A stretch of DNA of 7,122 nucleotides, the filler included, from an uncultured virus (IMG/VR IMGVR_UViG_2061766007_000208) (taxonomy: Duplodnaviria > Heunggongvirae > Uroviricota > Caudoviricetes). It is 2 parts of one record of this genome, joined end to end, with 100 filler letters (N's around TTAATTAATTAA, not from the genome) between each part and the next. Parts side by side here need not be neighbours in the genome. Positions count along the whole stretch, not along the records: positions 1,664 to 7,122 come from IMGVR_UViG_2061766007_000208; 1 more part is not named here. The stretch is one strand, 5' to 3'. Shown piece after piece: positions 6,536 through 7,122 of this stretch; positions within the stretch are counted from its first letter, which is position 1; each line of letters starts with the position of its first letter. The notes below the pieces were generated by a model. The model saw nothing but the letters and a program-made list of their open reading frames with translations, had not been told where the DNA came from and made no database searches. The translations under genes and the position numbers were made by a program.

Positions 6536-7054
6536 GCTTGTAGCCGGACCAGTGCTTGCCGCTGATGGCAGCCTGCAGCGCGTAGTCCTTGATGTCGGAA
6601 GCCCAATCCATCAGACTGTCCAGCTTGCCCAGAATCTCCTCGACTTCTTCGTCGGTCAGGAGTGGAGGCTGCCGGAATTCATATCTGGCGAGCTCCATGT
6701 TGGCTCTGGCGCGTTCCCGGCAGTCNNNNNNNNNNNNNNNNNNNNNNNNNNNNNNNNNNNNNNNNNNNNNNNNNNNNNNNNNNNNNNNNNNNNNNNNNNN
6801 NNNNNNNNNNNNNNNNNNNNNNNNNNNAAAGGTGCTGACATTGGCGCGGCGCGGCTGGTAGATCGTCATGTTGACGGTGTCGATGTCGTACAGGCAGTCG
6901 AAGATCTCCAGAGCGCCGAGCNNNNNNNNNNGTACTTGAAGTCCACGATGTGGAGCGTGCCGTCAGAGATCAGGACGCAGTCGCCGGTGCCAAAGCCGGA
7001 CTGTACGTACTTGGAGTAGTCAAGGCGCTGCTCGATCAGGACCACCGGATCGCT
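6228..7054 (-). CDS. DUF2800 family Cas4-like PD-(D/E)XK nuclease, fragmented (6932-7054, 6828-6921, 6387-6725, redundant 6228-6376)
   Basis: IEQRLDYSKYVQSGFGTGDCVL...LHIVDFKY (E...D...DxK core); MTIYQPRRANVS; DCRERARAN (last Cys of the C-terminal cluster); GYKLVEGRANRRY. Both ends are missing. Confidence 0.88.
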
Positions 7055-7064
7055 NNNNNNNNNN

Positions 7065-7122
7065 CTGACAGAGAACTTCGGGGTGCCGCCGTTGATGGAC
7101 TTGGCCTCCCAGACGTTGGCGT
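7065..7122 (-). CDS. N-terminal-region fragment of a DUF2815 ssDNA-binding protein (out of expected order)
   Basis: The minus strand reads (Y)ANVWEAKSINGGTPKFSV(S), matching the 'SYANVWEPKSINGGTPKYSVS' pattern I recognise from DUF2815 proteins. Confidence 0.75.

Larger units (their letters stand above)
1664..7122 (-). mobile_element. (Pro)phage DNA replication module
   Basis: Gene set DUF2800, DUF2815, PolA, P4-type primase and VRR-NUC, which is common in tailed phages and prophages of Firmicutes and other hosts. No integrase or att site is visible in the window. Confidence 0.85.

Noticed and set aside
318..7019. Antisense or alternative-frame ORFs (e.g. 318-557 -, 746-1441 -, 1671-2240 -, 2377-2664 +, 3354-3680 +, 4382-5092 +, 5626-6543 +, 6552-7019 +)
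   Set aside because: They are shadows of motif-supported genes in GC-rich DNA, often extended by N runs, and have no recognisable motifs.

Overview
This window is a heavily gapped scaffold of (pro)phage DNA made of two pieces joined by an artificial 100-nt linker (N44-TTAATTAATTAA-N44, 1564-1663). Left (1-1563, + strand): the 3' part of a probable phage tail/tail-fibre gene and the start of the next gene. Right (1664-7122, mostly - strand): a phage replication module in fragments, in the order DUF2800 (Cas4-like PD-(D/E)XK nuclease), DUF2815 (gp2.5-like SSB), small membrane-anchored protein, family A DNA polymerase (Leu at the 762-equivalent position), P4/D5-type SF3 primase-helicase, palindromic intergenic element, and a probable VRR-NUC start. 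Many segments occur 2-3 times on either side of 10-N gaps with mostly synonymous differences. The scaffold therefore looks like a collage of at least three related phage variants, and several long ORFs in the track are chimeras. The most interesting signal is two versions of an origin-like inverted repeat just downstream of the primase stop. They share the same geometry and AT-rich core, but their outer iteron-like arms differ, and so does the extreme C-terminus of the adjacent primase allele. All family assignments come from motif recognition, not database searches.
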